64,000 nucleotides of DNA, from the IMG/VR virus record IMGVR_UViG_3300046323_000419, positions 1-64,000 of that record; one strand, written 5' to 3'. Both the position numbers and the translations under genes were made by a program. Position 1 is the stretch's first letter; every line of letters starts with the position of its first letter. Shown here in pieces: positions 1 through 8,646 of the stretch. The DNA is from a virus. The notes beneath the pieces were generated by a model that made no database searches, was not told the origin of the DNA, and saw only the letters and a list, made by a program, of their open reading frames with translations.

Positions 1-148
1 TATCTTCTTGAATAAAATGACCATCTTTAGAAATGGCTTGAGGCTCCGATTTAGAGCCTCCTATTTTACCAATTGCTGAAATAATTTTATTATCTTTTTG
101 TAGAAATAATTCTGGATCTGTACCTAAAGTGATATTTTTAATTTTCAT
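1..148 (-). CDS. phiEco32-like COOH-NH2 ligase type 2 (N-terminal part, truncated by window edge)
   Basis: Hand-translated from ATG at 148: MKIKNITLGTDPELFLQKDNKIISAIGKIGGSKSEPQAISKDGHFIQED; the GxDPE, GGxKxxP and QED motifs fit this family; lies next to ATP-grasp and GATase genes. Confidence 0.85.
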   Translation of the reverse strand, partial: MKIKNITLGTDPELFLQKDNKIISAIGKIGGSKSEPQAISKDGHFIQED

Positions 149-157
149 ATTTTTTTA

Positions 158-1147
158 TTAAATTGGAGTTTCTTGTTCTTCATAATAATCTTGATGGTCT
201 TCTTCATAATGATTATCCTCTTCATCATATTGATTATTTTTCCAATAATCTAAAGGACTTTGTAAAAATTGAGAATTATTAGATTTTTTTGATTTTTTAA
301 ATTCTTTTAAATATTTATCAATTAAATTTAAACACATTAAGGATGTTCTTCTTTCGCAATGACTCCATTCGGGATGACCTTGGATACATAAAGAATTTGT
401 ATTTTTATAATATACAATTTCAGGTTCTAAGAAATCTTTTGATAATTCAATTTCTTCATTATCACCATTGAGATAAGTTTTACTTTGAAAATATTCAGAA
501 TATGCAATTAATTCATAATCTTTTTTATTTAAATCGAATGGATATAACATTTGATGATGTGAAGAAGTAATATTATATCTCATTTTATTGTTTAAAATCA
601 TTGAATGATCTCTACAATGACCTTCTACGTGTTGAATTAGTCTTCCTCCACTTAAAACTGTTAATAACTGTGAGCCACGACATATAGAAAGTAGAAAAGA
701 ATGTCCTCTAAATTTATTAAATGTTTCAATTTCCTTTTGATCTCTAGAAATATTAATACTGGTATATTTTCCAACTCTTTCATTATATTGTGCAGGATTA
801 ACATCTTCACCTCCTGTAAATAATACTAAATCAATATCTTTTGTATTTTTTACATCTATTGTTTTATGAACAATAACTTCATATTTTTCATTTAAATATG
901 AAACATAATCTAAAGATGAAGCATCGTTTGCAATTACAATATTTAAAATTTGTTTTACTTCAGGTTCTTTAATAACATTATTCAAATAATTATATATAGT
1001 TTCCACTTTATTTAATATTTCTTCACCTTCAATTTCTTCATACAAATTAGCTGAAATACAAGTGTTTAAAAATGTTTTAATTATACTTTTATTAGTAGTT
1101 ACATCTAATTTATATGATTGTATTTTTTTTAATAATTCTGGATTCAT
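158..1147 (-). CDS. class I glutamine amidotransferase (peptidase C26 / gamma-glutamyl hydrolase-like) with N-terminal extension
   Basis: FTGGEDV, ICRGSQ nucleophile elbow, SSHHQ, QGHPE. Confidence 0.9.
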   Translation of the reverse strand: MNPELLKKIQSYKLDVTTNKSIIKTFLNTCISANLYEEIEGEEILNKVETIYNYLNNVIKEPEVKQILNIVIANDASSLDYVSYLNEKYEVIVHKTIDVKNTKDIDLVLFTGGEDVNPAQYNERVGKYTSINISRDQKEIETFNKFRGHSFLLSICRGSQLLTVLSGGRLIQHVEGHCRDHSMILNNKMRYNITSSHHQMLYPFDLNKKDYELIAYSEYFQSKTYLNGDNEEIELSKDFLEPEIVYYKNTNSLCIQGHPEWSHCERRTSLMCLNLIDKYLKEFKKSKKSNNSQFLQSPLDYWKNNQYDEEDNHYEEDHQDYYEEQETPI

Positions 1148-1992
1148 TTGTTATTATATTTATCTATTAATAATTTTGGTAAAATTTCTATATATTTTTG
1201 ACCTGTAATTTCTCCAAAACTGGCAGCACTACAGCTTTCAAATATAACCCATTCAGGATTTTCTCTTTCAATTCCATCTTTAGCACCTTGAACACCTACG
1301 TCAAATGCGCAAATGTCTAATCCTAAAGCATTTTTTGCTTTAATACAATCTGCAACAATATCATCCCAATTCTTAGGTTTCTTAAATGATGGATTTTCTT
1401 CTAATACCCAATTGCAAACATCATCATGACGTTGCCAAGTACCTTCAGGAGCATCATTTTTAACTAATTTTCTACAAGTATAGAAACAACCAAATTTAGT
1501 TACATGTAATCTATATTCTCTAGTCATTTTTACAAATTTTTCAAATATATAATTATCAAGATTCTTATTTGGTAACCAAGCTAAAAACTCTTCTTCAGTA
1601 TTAAATTTAGTATTACCAATACCTCTTGAACCAAAGTGAGATTTTGCTACAATAGGATAAGGTAACTCTTCAATTTCAATATCATTATTTTCATCATCTT
1701 TAATTGCAAAATAATAAAGACCATCATCATCTATTTGATAAGTAAACCAATTAGCAGTTTTAACACCGACTTCAGTAAATTTCTGTTTCATTAACAATTT
1801 AGAAGCTGAGTTTTTAACTGCTTGAATAGTATTAATTTCCAATCTACCATCTGACTCTGTTGACGATCCAAGTCTTATCACAGATCTAAATGGTAATAAT
1901 GGTAATGTTTGATTCTTAGCTCTTAAAATTGAGTGAGATGGATGCCTACTAAGTAACATCGGACGGAATAATTTATATTTTTTTTTAATCAT
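1144..1992 (-). CDS. ATP-grasp peptide/amide ligase (RimK-like fold)
   Basis: YPIVAK, GSRGIG loop, EYRLHV, CAFDV, IFESCSA. Confidence 0.85.
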   Translation of the reverse strand: MIKKKYKLFRPMLLSRHPSHSILRAKNQTLPLLPFRSVIRLGSSTESDGRLEINTIQAVKNSASKLLMKQKFTEVGVKTANWFTYQIDDDGLYYFAIKDDENNDIEIEELPYPIVAKSHFGSRGIGNTKFNTEEEFLAWLPNKNLDNYIFEKFVKMTREYRLHVTKFGCFYTCRKLVKNDAPEGTWQRHDDVCNWVLEENPSFKKPKNWDDIVADCIKAKNALGLDICAFDVGVQGAKDGIERENPEWVIFESCSAASFGEITGQKYIEILPKLLIDKYNNK

Positions 1993-2692
1993 TGTTTAAA
2001 TTTAATAAGTGATTAATTAATCTGATACTAAAATCATCTCTTTTATCTTCTGGATGCCACTGAACTGTGTGTGCAGGATAATTTGGAAAATAAGTTAATG
2101 CTTCAATACAACCTTCTTCCCAATGTTCTTTTTCTTTTCCATCATATCTACCAATTACTGTTGCATTTTCAGGACAATCTGCAACTACTTGATGATGTCT
2201 ACTATTTACATCAAAATTTAAATCATTATAATCATGCATTGTAGGAATTGTATGTTTAATAAAGTCATAGGTTTCAACTTTATGCATTGTTTTAACCCCA
2301 TCATTAGAGGGGTTAGTTTCATGATACATGTGCTGAATTAATTTAGCTCCAAAATGAACAGCTAAACTTTGATGTCCACGACAAATACCAAATATGGGAA
2401 TTTTAGCCTCAATATATTTAGGTAATAAAACTCTATCAAATCTCTCTTTTTGCATACAGGGTGAACCTGTATAAATATGAGTATCATCTTCAGGTGATAA
2501 ATATCGATAAGGATCTACATCTTGACCACCTGGCATTACCAATAAATCTATATCTCTTATATGTTTTTCAAACGGTGAGATTAGAGATACTTCTCCAAAT
2601 TGTTGCCAAAAGAATAAATATGGTTTAGAAATTCCAAAACTATTTTCTCCTGTAAAATGTCCTATCAGGGCTATTTTTTTTATATTGTTCAT
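1985..2692 (-). CDS. class I glutamine amidotransferase (peptidase C26, PuuD-like)
   Basis: PGGQDVDP, GICRGHQ, VNSRHHQ, VQWHPE. Confidence 0.92.
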   Translation of the reverse strand: MNNIKKIALIGHFTGENSFGISKPYLFFWQQFGEVSLISPFEKHIRDIDLLVMPGGQDVDPYRYLSPEDDTHIYTGSPCMQKERFDRVLLPKYIEAKIPIFGICRGHQSLAVHFGAKLIQHMYHETNPSNDGVKTMHKVETYDFIKHTIPTMHDYNDLNFDVNSRHHQVVADCPENATVIGRYDGKEKEHWEEGCIEALTYFPNYPAHTVQWHPEDKRDDFSIRLINHLLNLNND

Positions 2693-2698
2693 TATTTT

Positions 2699-3112
2699 TT
2701 AATTATTTGTAACACTTGACCACGATTTTTCTTCATTTTTATGTAAAACCCAATCTCCAGATTCTACAATAGAATCTTTAGATAATTCATTTACATAAAT
2801 ATATGTATATGATTTACCCCAAGGTGTATTAATTTCAATTCTATCATAGAAAGTTGATTTCTCTCCAGGATAATATCCTTCTAATCTATTTAAATGGTTT
2901 AAAGTATGTTCGTCAACTTCATAAACTTCCATTACAACAGAATGATTTCCATTTAATTTCAATCCTGGATAAGCCGAAAGTGAATGTAAGGTATATTCTG
3001 GTTCTGTTGTAAATGTTCCTTTATATTCAGAATTTGATAAATAATATTGATGGTTTCCCATTCCACGTCTTAAACTACCATAACAAGCAACCAATGTTTT
3101 ATTTTTTCCCAT
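2699..3112 (-). CDS. gamma-glutamylcyclotransferase (AIG2-like)
   Basis: YGSLRRG, AYPGL, EVYEV, LNRLEGY, SGDW. Confidence 0.92.
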   Translation of the reverse strand: MGKNKTLVACYGSLRRGMGNHQYYLSNSEYKGTFTTEPEYTLHSLSAYPGLKLNGNHSVVMEVYEVDEHTLNHLNRLEGYYPGEKSTFYDRIEINTPWGKSYTYIYVNELSKDSIVESGDWVLHKNEEKSWSSVTNN

Positions 3113-3627
3113 TATAATGTTAATGATTTGTTACCCATTACTTTTTTATAATTCAAATATTCAACCCAATCACCATTGACTATAAGATTTTCTTTAGATT
3201 GTTCAACATTTGTAAAATATATTATAATTTTACCAAATGGTGATAACACTTCTTGTTTCATATAATCTTGTGGGTATTCTTCAAGTGATGGATAATAGTT
3301 ATAACTTCTTTCAATTTTATCTAAGGTGATTTCATCTATTTCCCAAACTTCTATTTTAATAGAATTATTTCCATTAGTTTCAACAACACAATTATCATCC
3401 TCATCTATATTATACATATTATAAATAGGTTCTGTAGAATAAGATCCTGTTAATTTACAATTTATTTTATTTAACATTACATTTAAAGAACCATCTTTTC
3501 TATAATCATCATATATACCTACTAAAAACTTTTTTTCCATTTGTGATTGTTTTTTTAATTCCTTCTTTTCCTTTTTTAACTGAGCTCTACTTTTGTAACC
3601 ATCAGATTGTTTGTTAACTTTTCTCAT
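3112..3627 (-). CDS. divergent gamma-glutamylcyclotransferase-like protein
   Basis: Aligns by eye with the neighbouring GGCT (TEPIY, EVWEID, LDKIE, SPFGK, NGDW), but the YGSL motif has become YDDY; basic N-terminal extension. Confidence 0.75.
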   Translation of the reverse strand: MRKVNKQSDGYKSRAQLKKEKKELKKQSQMEKKFLVGIYDDYRKDGSLNVMLNKINCKLTGSYSTEPIYNMYNIDEDDNCVVETNGNNSIKIEVWEIDEITLDKIERSYNYYPSLEEYPQDYMKQEVLSPFGKIIIYFTNVEQSKENLIVNGDWVEYLNYKKVMGNKSLTL

Positions 3628-4076
3628 AACTCTTTAATAGTTACATTTAATACATTATTTGTTCTAGGATTTTTAAATTCGTGAATATGTTTCCAACCAT
3701 TTTTATCTAAAGTTTTCATTTGTGGTGTATTTGATTTTAAATCTGTACACATTAATAATCCGTATTCTAAATGTTTTGCAATATCAATTCTAAAGTTATT
3801 TAAAAGTGAATTGACACCTTTATCTCTGAATTTAATATTTACATATGTCCCTGTACTAATACATATTCCACAACAACCTACCATTTGCAAAAGAGTAAAT
3901 TGAGATATTAATTCGTTTTCTAAATTAACAACTTGAATTTGAAGACCTTTATAAGTATCTTTAACATATACTAAATCTCCTAATGTTAAAGTTTTATAAT
4001 TTCCATACACACCATATTGTATAATTACATCTTGATCTAATAATTCTTTTAACTGTTTTGTATATTTTTCTATCAT
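3624..4076 (-). CDS. GNAT-like acetyltransferase
   Basis: VNIKFRDKGVNSLL resembles the acetyl-CoA binding motif A; NTPQMKTLDKNGWK resembles motif B. Confidence 0.6.
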   Translation of the reverse strand: MIEKYTKQLKELLDQDVIIQYGVYGNYKTLTLGDLVYVKDTYKGLQIQVVNLENELISQFTLLQMVGCCGICISTGTYVNIKFRDKGVNSLLNNFRIDIAKHLEYGLLMCTDLKSNTPQMKTLDKNGWKHIHEFKNPRTNNVLNVTIKEL

Positions 4077-4609
4077 ATTTGTTTTATTTCAGATGTAACT
4101 TTTATTTCATTATCTAAATTTTTTAATTCAATGTATCTATAATATTCACCATATTCACAATCATAATTTAAAAATTCAATTAATTCATCAGGATTTTTAG
4201 ATTTTAAAAAATTAATTAAATTACTAACTTTAAGATGTTTAGATTTAAACTCTTTTTGTAATTTATTAAACTCTTCAATACAATTTTCTTTTTTACAGTA
4301 GAAATATTTAGCGTCTTCTATTAAAATTTCTTTATTTGTTTGTTTTTGATATGCTCTATATTTCCCGTTCATATCTACTCTATGAGATTCTTTTTCTACA
4401 AATAATCCTTGTAAATAATCACATAATAATATAGTTGTTTCAGAAGCTTCTGTTGAAATTCCGTTTATTGCAAGTAATCCACAAAACATATTATTTCGAG
4501 TTTTAGCTTTTTTTAAATCTATTGTATGAATATTTGTTTCATCAACATAATATACTATAGCTTGCTCTAATATATCATAATTGTCTTTTGTTAAAAATGT
4601 ATTTTTCAT
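4073..4609 (-). CDS. hypothetical protein
   Basis: 178 aa ORF coupled to the downstream gene by an ATGA overlap. Confidence 0.7.
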   Translation of the reverse strand: MKNTFLTKDNYDILEQAIVYYVDETNIHTIDLKKAKTRNNMFCGLLAINGISTEASETTILLCDYLQGLFVEKESHRVDMNGKYRAYQKQTNKEILIEDAKYFYCKKENCIEEFNKLQKEFKSKHLKVSNLINFLKSKNPDELIEFLNYDCEYGEYYRYIELKNLDNEIKVTSEIKQI

Positions 4610-4644
4610 AATTTTTTTTTATTTATTAATATTTTTTTATATTT

Positions 4645-5670
4645 TTAAAAAGGTAATAATGTTTCATATATTAATATATGTTCTGCTTGTTCTTTACCGT
4701 AATTTTTAACTAAATCTGAAAAATCTTTAGATTGATATTTATCAGGAATAAAACTATCAACTAATCCAAATTCTTTAGCAAATTTATTTGCAAATATTCT
4801 CCCCCAATTAGGATCTTTATCAAAATCATTATCATATAATAATTCAATATCTGTAAATCTAGATTCTAACTGTTTAAATATATGTTTTTTTGGTAATACA
4901 TTCTCAGATTGCATTGCAATTGCTGGTATTTTTGTAATTTCATATAATGACATTACATCTTTCAATGATTTAGTTATTATTAAAGTAATTCCAGATTCTG
5001 GTAATTGAGTCCATCCTTGCCATACAGAATTATTATGATTATTAATCCATTTATAATTTTCACTAAAAGGTTGATAAATTTTATATGTTTCAATACCATC
5101 TTTCATTTCAATAAAACAATATGCATATTTATCAGCGGGAAAACAATTATTTCCAATAAATATATAACTTATAGGTTGTACATTAAAGAATTCTAATGTT
5201 TCTTTACTAATACTAAACTGTCTCCAAAATAATACATCGTGCGATTGCCATTCTCTAGCTTTTTTACCTAAATAATAACCTGTATATTTAGATAACATAT
5301 CATCTTTAATAATTCTAACTTTAGGTGTATTATCACCACTTTTAGGATATATTTTACATATATAATCATCTTGAAGATTAAAATCATTTGCAACTTTACT
5401 TAACGCTTCAAAATATGTTAAACCGTCTCTTAATCTTAAAAACTGTATAAAATCTCCTTTTCCAAGCTTAAAATCATTAAAACATATTTCATTACCTTCT
5501 CCAACAAAGAATCCAAATGAAGCCTTGTTTTCCTTTCTTAGAGGCGATAATATTAGTTTACCTAACATTACTTCATCATCTATATAATGTTGAAATATTT
5601 CTAATTCGTTAAAGTATTTTAAAATCTCAGATTTAGATATTAATTGTTTTTCTTTATTTAAATTAAACAT
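4645..5670 (-). CDS. DNA primase (crAss-type, TOPRIM)
   Basis: SPLRKENKASF N-terminal domain, ITKSLKDVM, YDNDFD (DxD). Confidence 0.85.
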   Translation of the reverse strand: MFNLNKEKQLISKSEILKYFNELEIFQHYIDDEVMLGKLILSPLRKENKASFGFFVGEGNEICFNDFKLGKGDFIQFLRLRDGLTYFEALSKVANDFNLQDDYICKIYPKSGDNTPKVRIIKDDMLSKYTGYYLGKKAREWQSHDVLFWRQFSISKETLEFFNVQPISYIFIGNNCFPADKYAYCFIEMKDGIETYKIYQPFSENYKWINNHNNSVWQGWTQLPESGITLIITKSLKDVMSLYEITKIPAIAMQSENVLPKKHIFKQLESRFTDIELLYDNDFDKDPNWGRIFANKFAKEFGLVDSFIPDKYQSKDFSDLVKNYGKEQAEHILIYETLLPF

Positions 5671-5672
5671 AA

Positions 5673-5816
5673 TTAATTTTCTAATAGTTTATAATAATTA
5701 CCTAAATAATAATATTCATCTATATAATTATTATGAATCGTTTCTATTGGTATTTTTTTACATCTATTTTCTATTTCTTTAGCTTTAGCAACTAGTTTTT
5801 CAAATATTTCTTTCAT
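5673..5816 (-). CDS. small hypothetical protein (47 aa)
   Basis: Hand-translated MKEIFEKLVAKAKEIENRC...LLEN; stop lies 2 nt before the primase start. Confidence 0.55.
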   Translation of the reverse strand: MKEIFEKLVAKAKEIENRCKKIPIETIHNNYIDEYYYLGNYYKLLEN

Positions 5817-5841
5817 AATTTTTTAATTTTAGTTAATATTG

Positions 5842-5946
5842 AGGTTGAGGCAGGGTTTGAACCTGCACGAGAATATTTTATTGTATAGTTTATTATCCCA
5901 GCGAACCACTATACCTCACCGCGTCTACCAATTCCGCCACTCAACC
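5842..5946 (-). tRNA. atypical tRNA-like element (Leu-type D arm, anticodon arm replaced by an insertion)
   Basis: Acceptor GGTTGAG/CTCAACC, D arm GCGGAATTGGTAGACGC, T arm GCAGG-TTCAAAC-CCTGC; central part contains a GTATAGT/ACTATAC stem and no 7-nt anticodon loop. Confidence 0.7.
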
Positions 5947-6023
5947 ACCATTATAAATTATCTACTATCACCTCACACCAAATTTGTAGATAGGATTGGT
6001 TACTTAATTTATAATATTATTTA

Positions 6024-6584
6024 TTACCAAATATCAGCAGTCTTTTTAACTTCTGTACCTTCACTATCTGCTTTTGGAGCATCAGCTTCAGGACGTTCTA
6101 AAATATCTGTATTACTTGGTTTCAATCTATCAAAACTAGCATTTTGTTTTTGAATGAAATTAAACATTCTCAAACCTAAGTATTTAGATGGTTTAGCTGT
6201 ATATCCATAAGATACAAATACATCTACTTTTTTACCATCTGCGTTTTCTTTAATAACTTTGAATAATGTATTTAAAGCATCTATATATCCATTTACTTCA
6301 GGATATACAAAGTTATCATCAACTACCGCATCTGCAATGGATTTAACACGTTGATACGTCATTTGTTGACGTTTTTCATCATCTTCCGAATTGATATAAA
6401 ATCCTTGATTAATTGGCATACCACCTGATTCATCAGATACTACTAATTTATAATCTGGATAACTATCTGGTTCATCAACTTTTCTTTTTTCAATCGTTAC
6501 ATTAACTCCTATTGCTTTTCCTGCAATTCCATTATTAAATACTGCTGACCCTGCTACTTTTTCATTTAGATTAAATGTACTCAT
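6024..6584 (-). CDS. replication-module protein, possibly ssDNA-binding
   Basis: Between AAA ATPase and primase; acidic tail ending in DIW; function inferred from context only. Confidence 0.5.
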   Translation of the reverse strand: MSTFNLNEKVAGSAVFNNGIAGKAIGVNVTIEKRKVDEPDSYPDYKLVVSDESGGMPINQGFYINSEDDEKRQQMTYQRVKSIADAVVDDNFVYPEVNGYIDALNTLFKVIKENADGKKVDVFVSYGYTAKPSKYLGLRMFNFIQKQNASFDRLKPSNTDILERPEADAPKADSEGTEVKKTADIW

Positions 6585-6739
6585 ATTCTTTATTTATTTT
6601 ATTTATTGGCTTATATATTTATTTAAAATAAGGTTTTTAAAATACCCCCAGAACCTATTAACTGTGCTAACCTACGATTTAGTTGGTGTCATTATTTCTA
6701 AGAGGATTTACCAAGTCTTCGTTCCTGTGTACTTTAGGC

Positions 6740-7507
6740 TTATTCTATAAATATTTTATCCCAATGTGAAGTAAATTTACCATTTTCATCGGATTCTAAT
6801 AATACAATTTCTTGATTTTTAAGATGTTCTGGTCTAGCACCAACAGATAATGATTCTGCGGTTTGAAAGTTTACAATAGTTTTATTATCTTTACGATAAA
6901 CATAACCGATTGCATCAGAATGTGAACATAATATAGAAGGTGTTTTACCTGCTAAATCAATCATCCTCTGAACTAATTCCTTGCCAGAAAATTCTACAAT
7001 CTTATCTTTTGTATGAGCTGAAATAATTAATGTTTCACATAATTCTTCTAATTCTTGTACAATTAATAGTATTGCATTTCTTAAAATACCCCAACCTTGA
7101 CCATTAGGTAATGTTAATATATCATCTCCTTGAAAGTTCCTACCTATTGGGGTAGCTAAATGCATTTTAAGAGCTAAATCTGGAGCATAGTCATTCTCTA
7201 ATGCAGAAATAGTATCTATTGTGATATATTTGTAAACATAACCTTTATTTGCAACATTTGCTTCTTTAATCTTATTAATGACTTGTTTTAAAGCTATGAT
7301 AGGTTTAATATCTTCTTTTCTAGCAATATCTCTTACATTAATTTTTAAAGCGTTTACGTATCCTGCACCGTCTTCTAAATCCAATATTAAATTATTTTCT
7401 AACATTGCCAAAGCTGTAGTTTTGCCTGCTTTTGGAGATGAAAATAATATTAATTTATCTGGATTTACTTGTGTAATTGCTATTTTAGTTGTTGGTAACT
7501 CCACCAT
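6740..7507 (-). CDS. AAA-family P-loop ATPase (Sak4/AAA_24-like)
   Basis: Walker A SSPKAGKT, LDLEDG, Walker B ITIDT, ISAH. Confidence 0.85.
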   Translation of the reverse strand: MVELPTTKIAITQVNPDKLILFSSPKAGKTTALAMLENNLILDLEDGAGYVNALKINVRDIARKEDIKPIIALKQVINKIKEANVANKGYVYKYITIDTISALENDYAPDLALKMHLATPIGRNFQGDDILTLPNGQGWGILRNAILLIVQELEELCETLIISAHTKDKIVEFSGKELVQRMIDLAGKTPSILCSHSDAIGYVYRKDNKTIVNFQTAESLSVGARPEHLKNQEIVLLESDENGKFTSHWDKIFIE

Positions 7508-7985
7508 TATTTAAATAGTTATTAAGTTCGTTATTATATGCATTTGCAGCATCTATTTCATTTGTAAATCTACCAACATATCTGTTTTTACCAGTAGTAT
7601 TAATATAAACTAAATATTTATCACTTAATTTATTTTTAGAAACTCCTGTATATTTACTTGTAGTATTTACTTTATCTTTAGAAACATTTTTTCTAAAACT
7701 AATTATTTGTAAATTTTCTAGTTTATTGTTTAATTTGTTATTATCAATATGATCTACAACTATTTTTCGATTATTTAATTTATAACCTTCAAAAAAAGTT
7801 AAACCTAATAATTGATGTACCATAACATAAACAGATTTTTTATTTTTTCTTAACGTTAGTTTTAAATATCCCGAATTATGTAAACTAGGTTTTAATATTT
7901 TATTTCTAGGACCTATAACATCTGCATTTTTATTAATTTTATAACTATTTTCAAAACCTGGTATATCATACCATTCTTCTATCAT
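7485..7985 (-). CDS. NUMOD4-HNH-AP2 homing endonuclease
   Basis: EEWYDIPGFE (NUMOD4), VDHIDNNKLNNKLENL (HNH), SKYTGV...AANAY (AP2-like). Confidence 0.9.
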   Translation of the reverse strand: MIEEWYDIPGFENSYKINKNADVIGPRNKILKPSLHNSGYLKLTLRKNKKSVYVMVHQLLGLTFFEGYKLNNRKIVVDHIDNNKLNNKLENLQIISFRKNVSKDKVNTTSKYTGVSKNKLSDKYLVYINTTGKNRYVGRFTNEIDAANAYNNELNNYLNNGGVTNN

Positions 7986-8014
7986 ATTTAATTTATTTAT
8001 TTGTTAATTATTAA

Positions 8015-8022
8015 CAAAGATA
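8015..8022 (-). promoter_or_regulatory. Bacteroidetes-type -7 promoter element
   Basis: TATCTTTG on the minus strand, 30 nt upstream of the HNH start codon. Confidence 0.65.
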
Positions 8023-8024
8023 TA

Positions 8025-8064
8025 AATTGTTTTTAGATATTTTTAATTGTTTTTAGATATTTTT
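8025..8064. repeat. 20-bp tandem direct repeat x2
   Basis: aattgtttttagatattttt occurs twice in tandem. Confidence 0.85.
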
Positions 8065-8097
8065 ATTTTACATCTTCAATTTTTTGTATTATTCAAT

Positions 8098-8640
8098 TTA
8101 ATTATAGAAAAAATTATTAACAGAATTTTCATTATAATTTTTAAAATCCAAAGTAGATTTAATTAATGTTTTAGAAGGTTTCCAAGAATGACCCTCATTA
8201 AAATAATTACTTGTATTAATTTGAGAATAAAAATCACAAAATCGTTTTAATTTATTTCTATATTTAGATTTACCAAATTGTAATTTTTTAAAAAATACAT
8301 CATGCATTGGAATAGCTGGATTTATACTACCCAAATTTTCCCATAATAATCTAATAGTTGCACAAATTAGCATATTTTTATATTTATTACCTTGACATTT
8401 AAATTTAAAATATTCTTTCGTTATTTCAGCATTCAAATCATACATATCTGAAACATATTGAAGATAAAACATTTTATATTTTATTGTTTTTTCACAATCT
8501 AAACTATATAAACTTATGAAATCTACATTATAAATCATACTACTATAACAACTTGTATTCGTGTAAAATTTCTCAACATTATTTATTGTATAACTCCATG
8601 TTACAGGACTAGAACTTCCCCAATTATAATTTTTTTTCAT
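8098..8640 (-). CDS. hypothetical protein
   Basis: 180 aa ORF in operon orientation. Confidence 0.7.
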   Translation of the reverse strand: MKKNYNWGSSSPVTWSYTINNVEKFYTNTSCYSSMIYNVDFISLYSLDCEKTIKYKMFYLQYVSDMYDLNAEITKEYFKFKCQGNKYKNMLICATIRLLWENLGSINPAIPMHDVFFKKLQFGKSKYRNKLKRFCDFYSQINTSNYFNEGHSWKPSKTLIKSTLDFKNYNENSVNNFFYN

Positions 8641-8646
8641 TTTTCA

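Noticed and set aside
5839-6153. 104-aa plus-strand ORF
   Set aside because: TTG start, antisense to the operon, and overlaps the tRNA-like element and ORF 6024..6584
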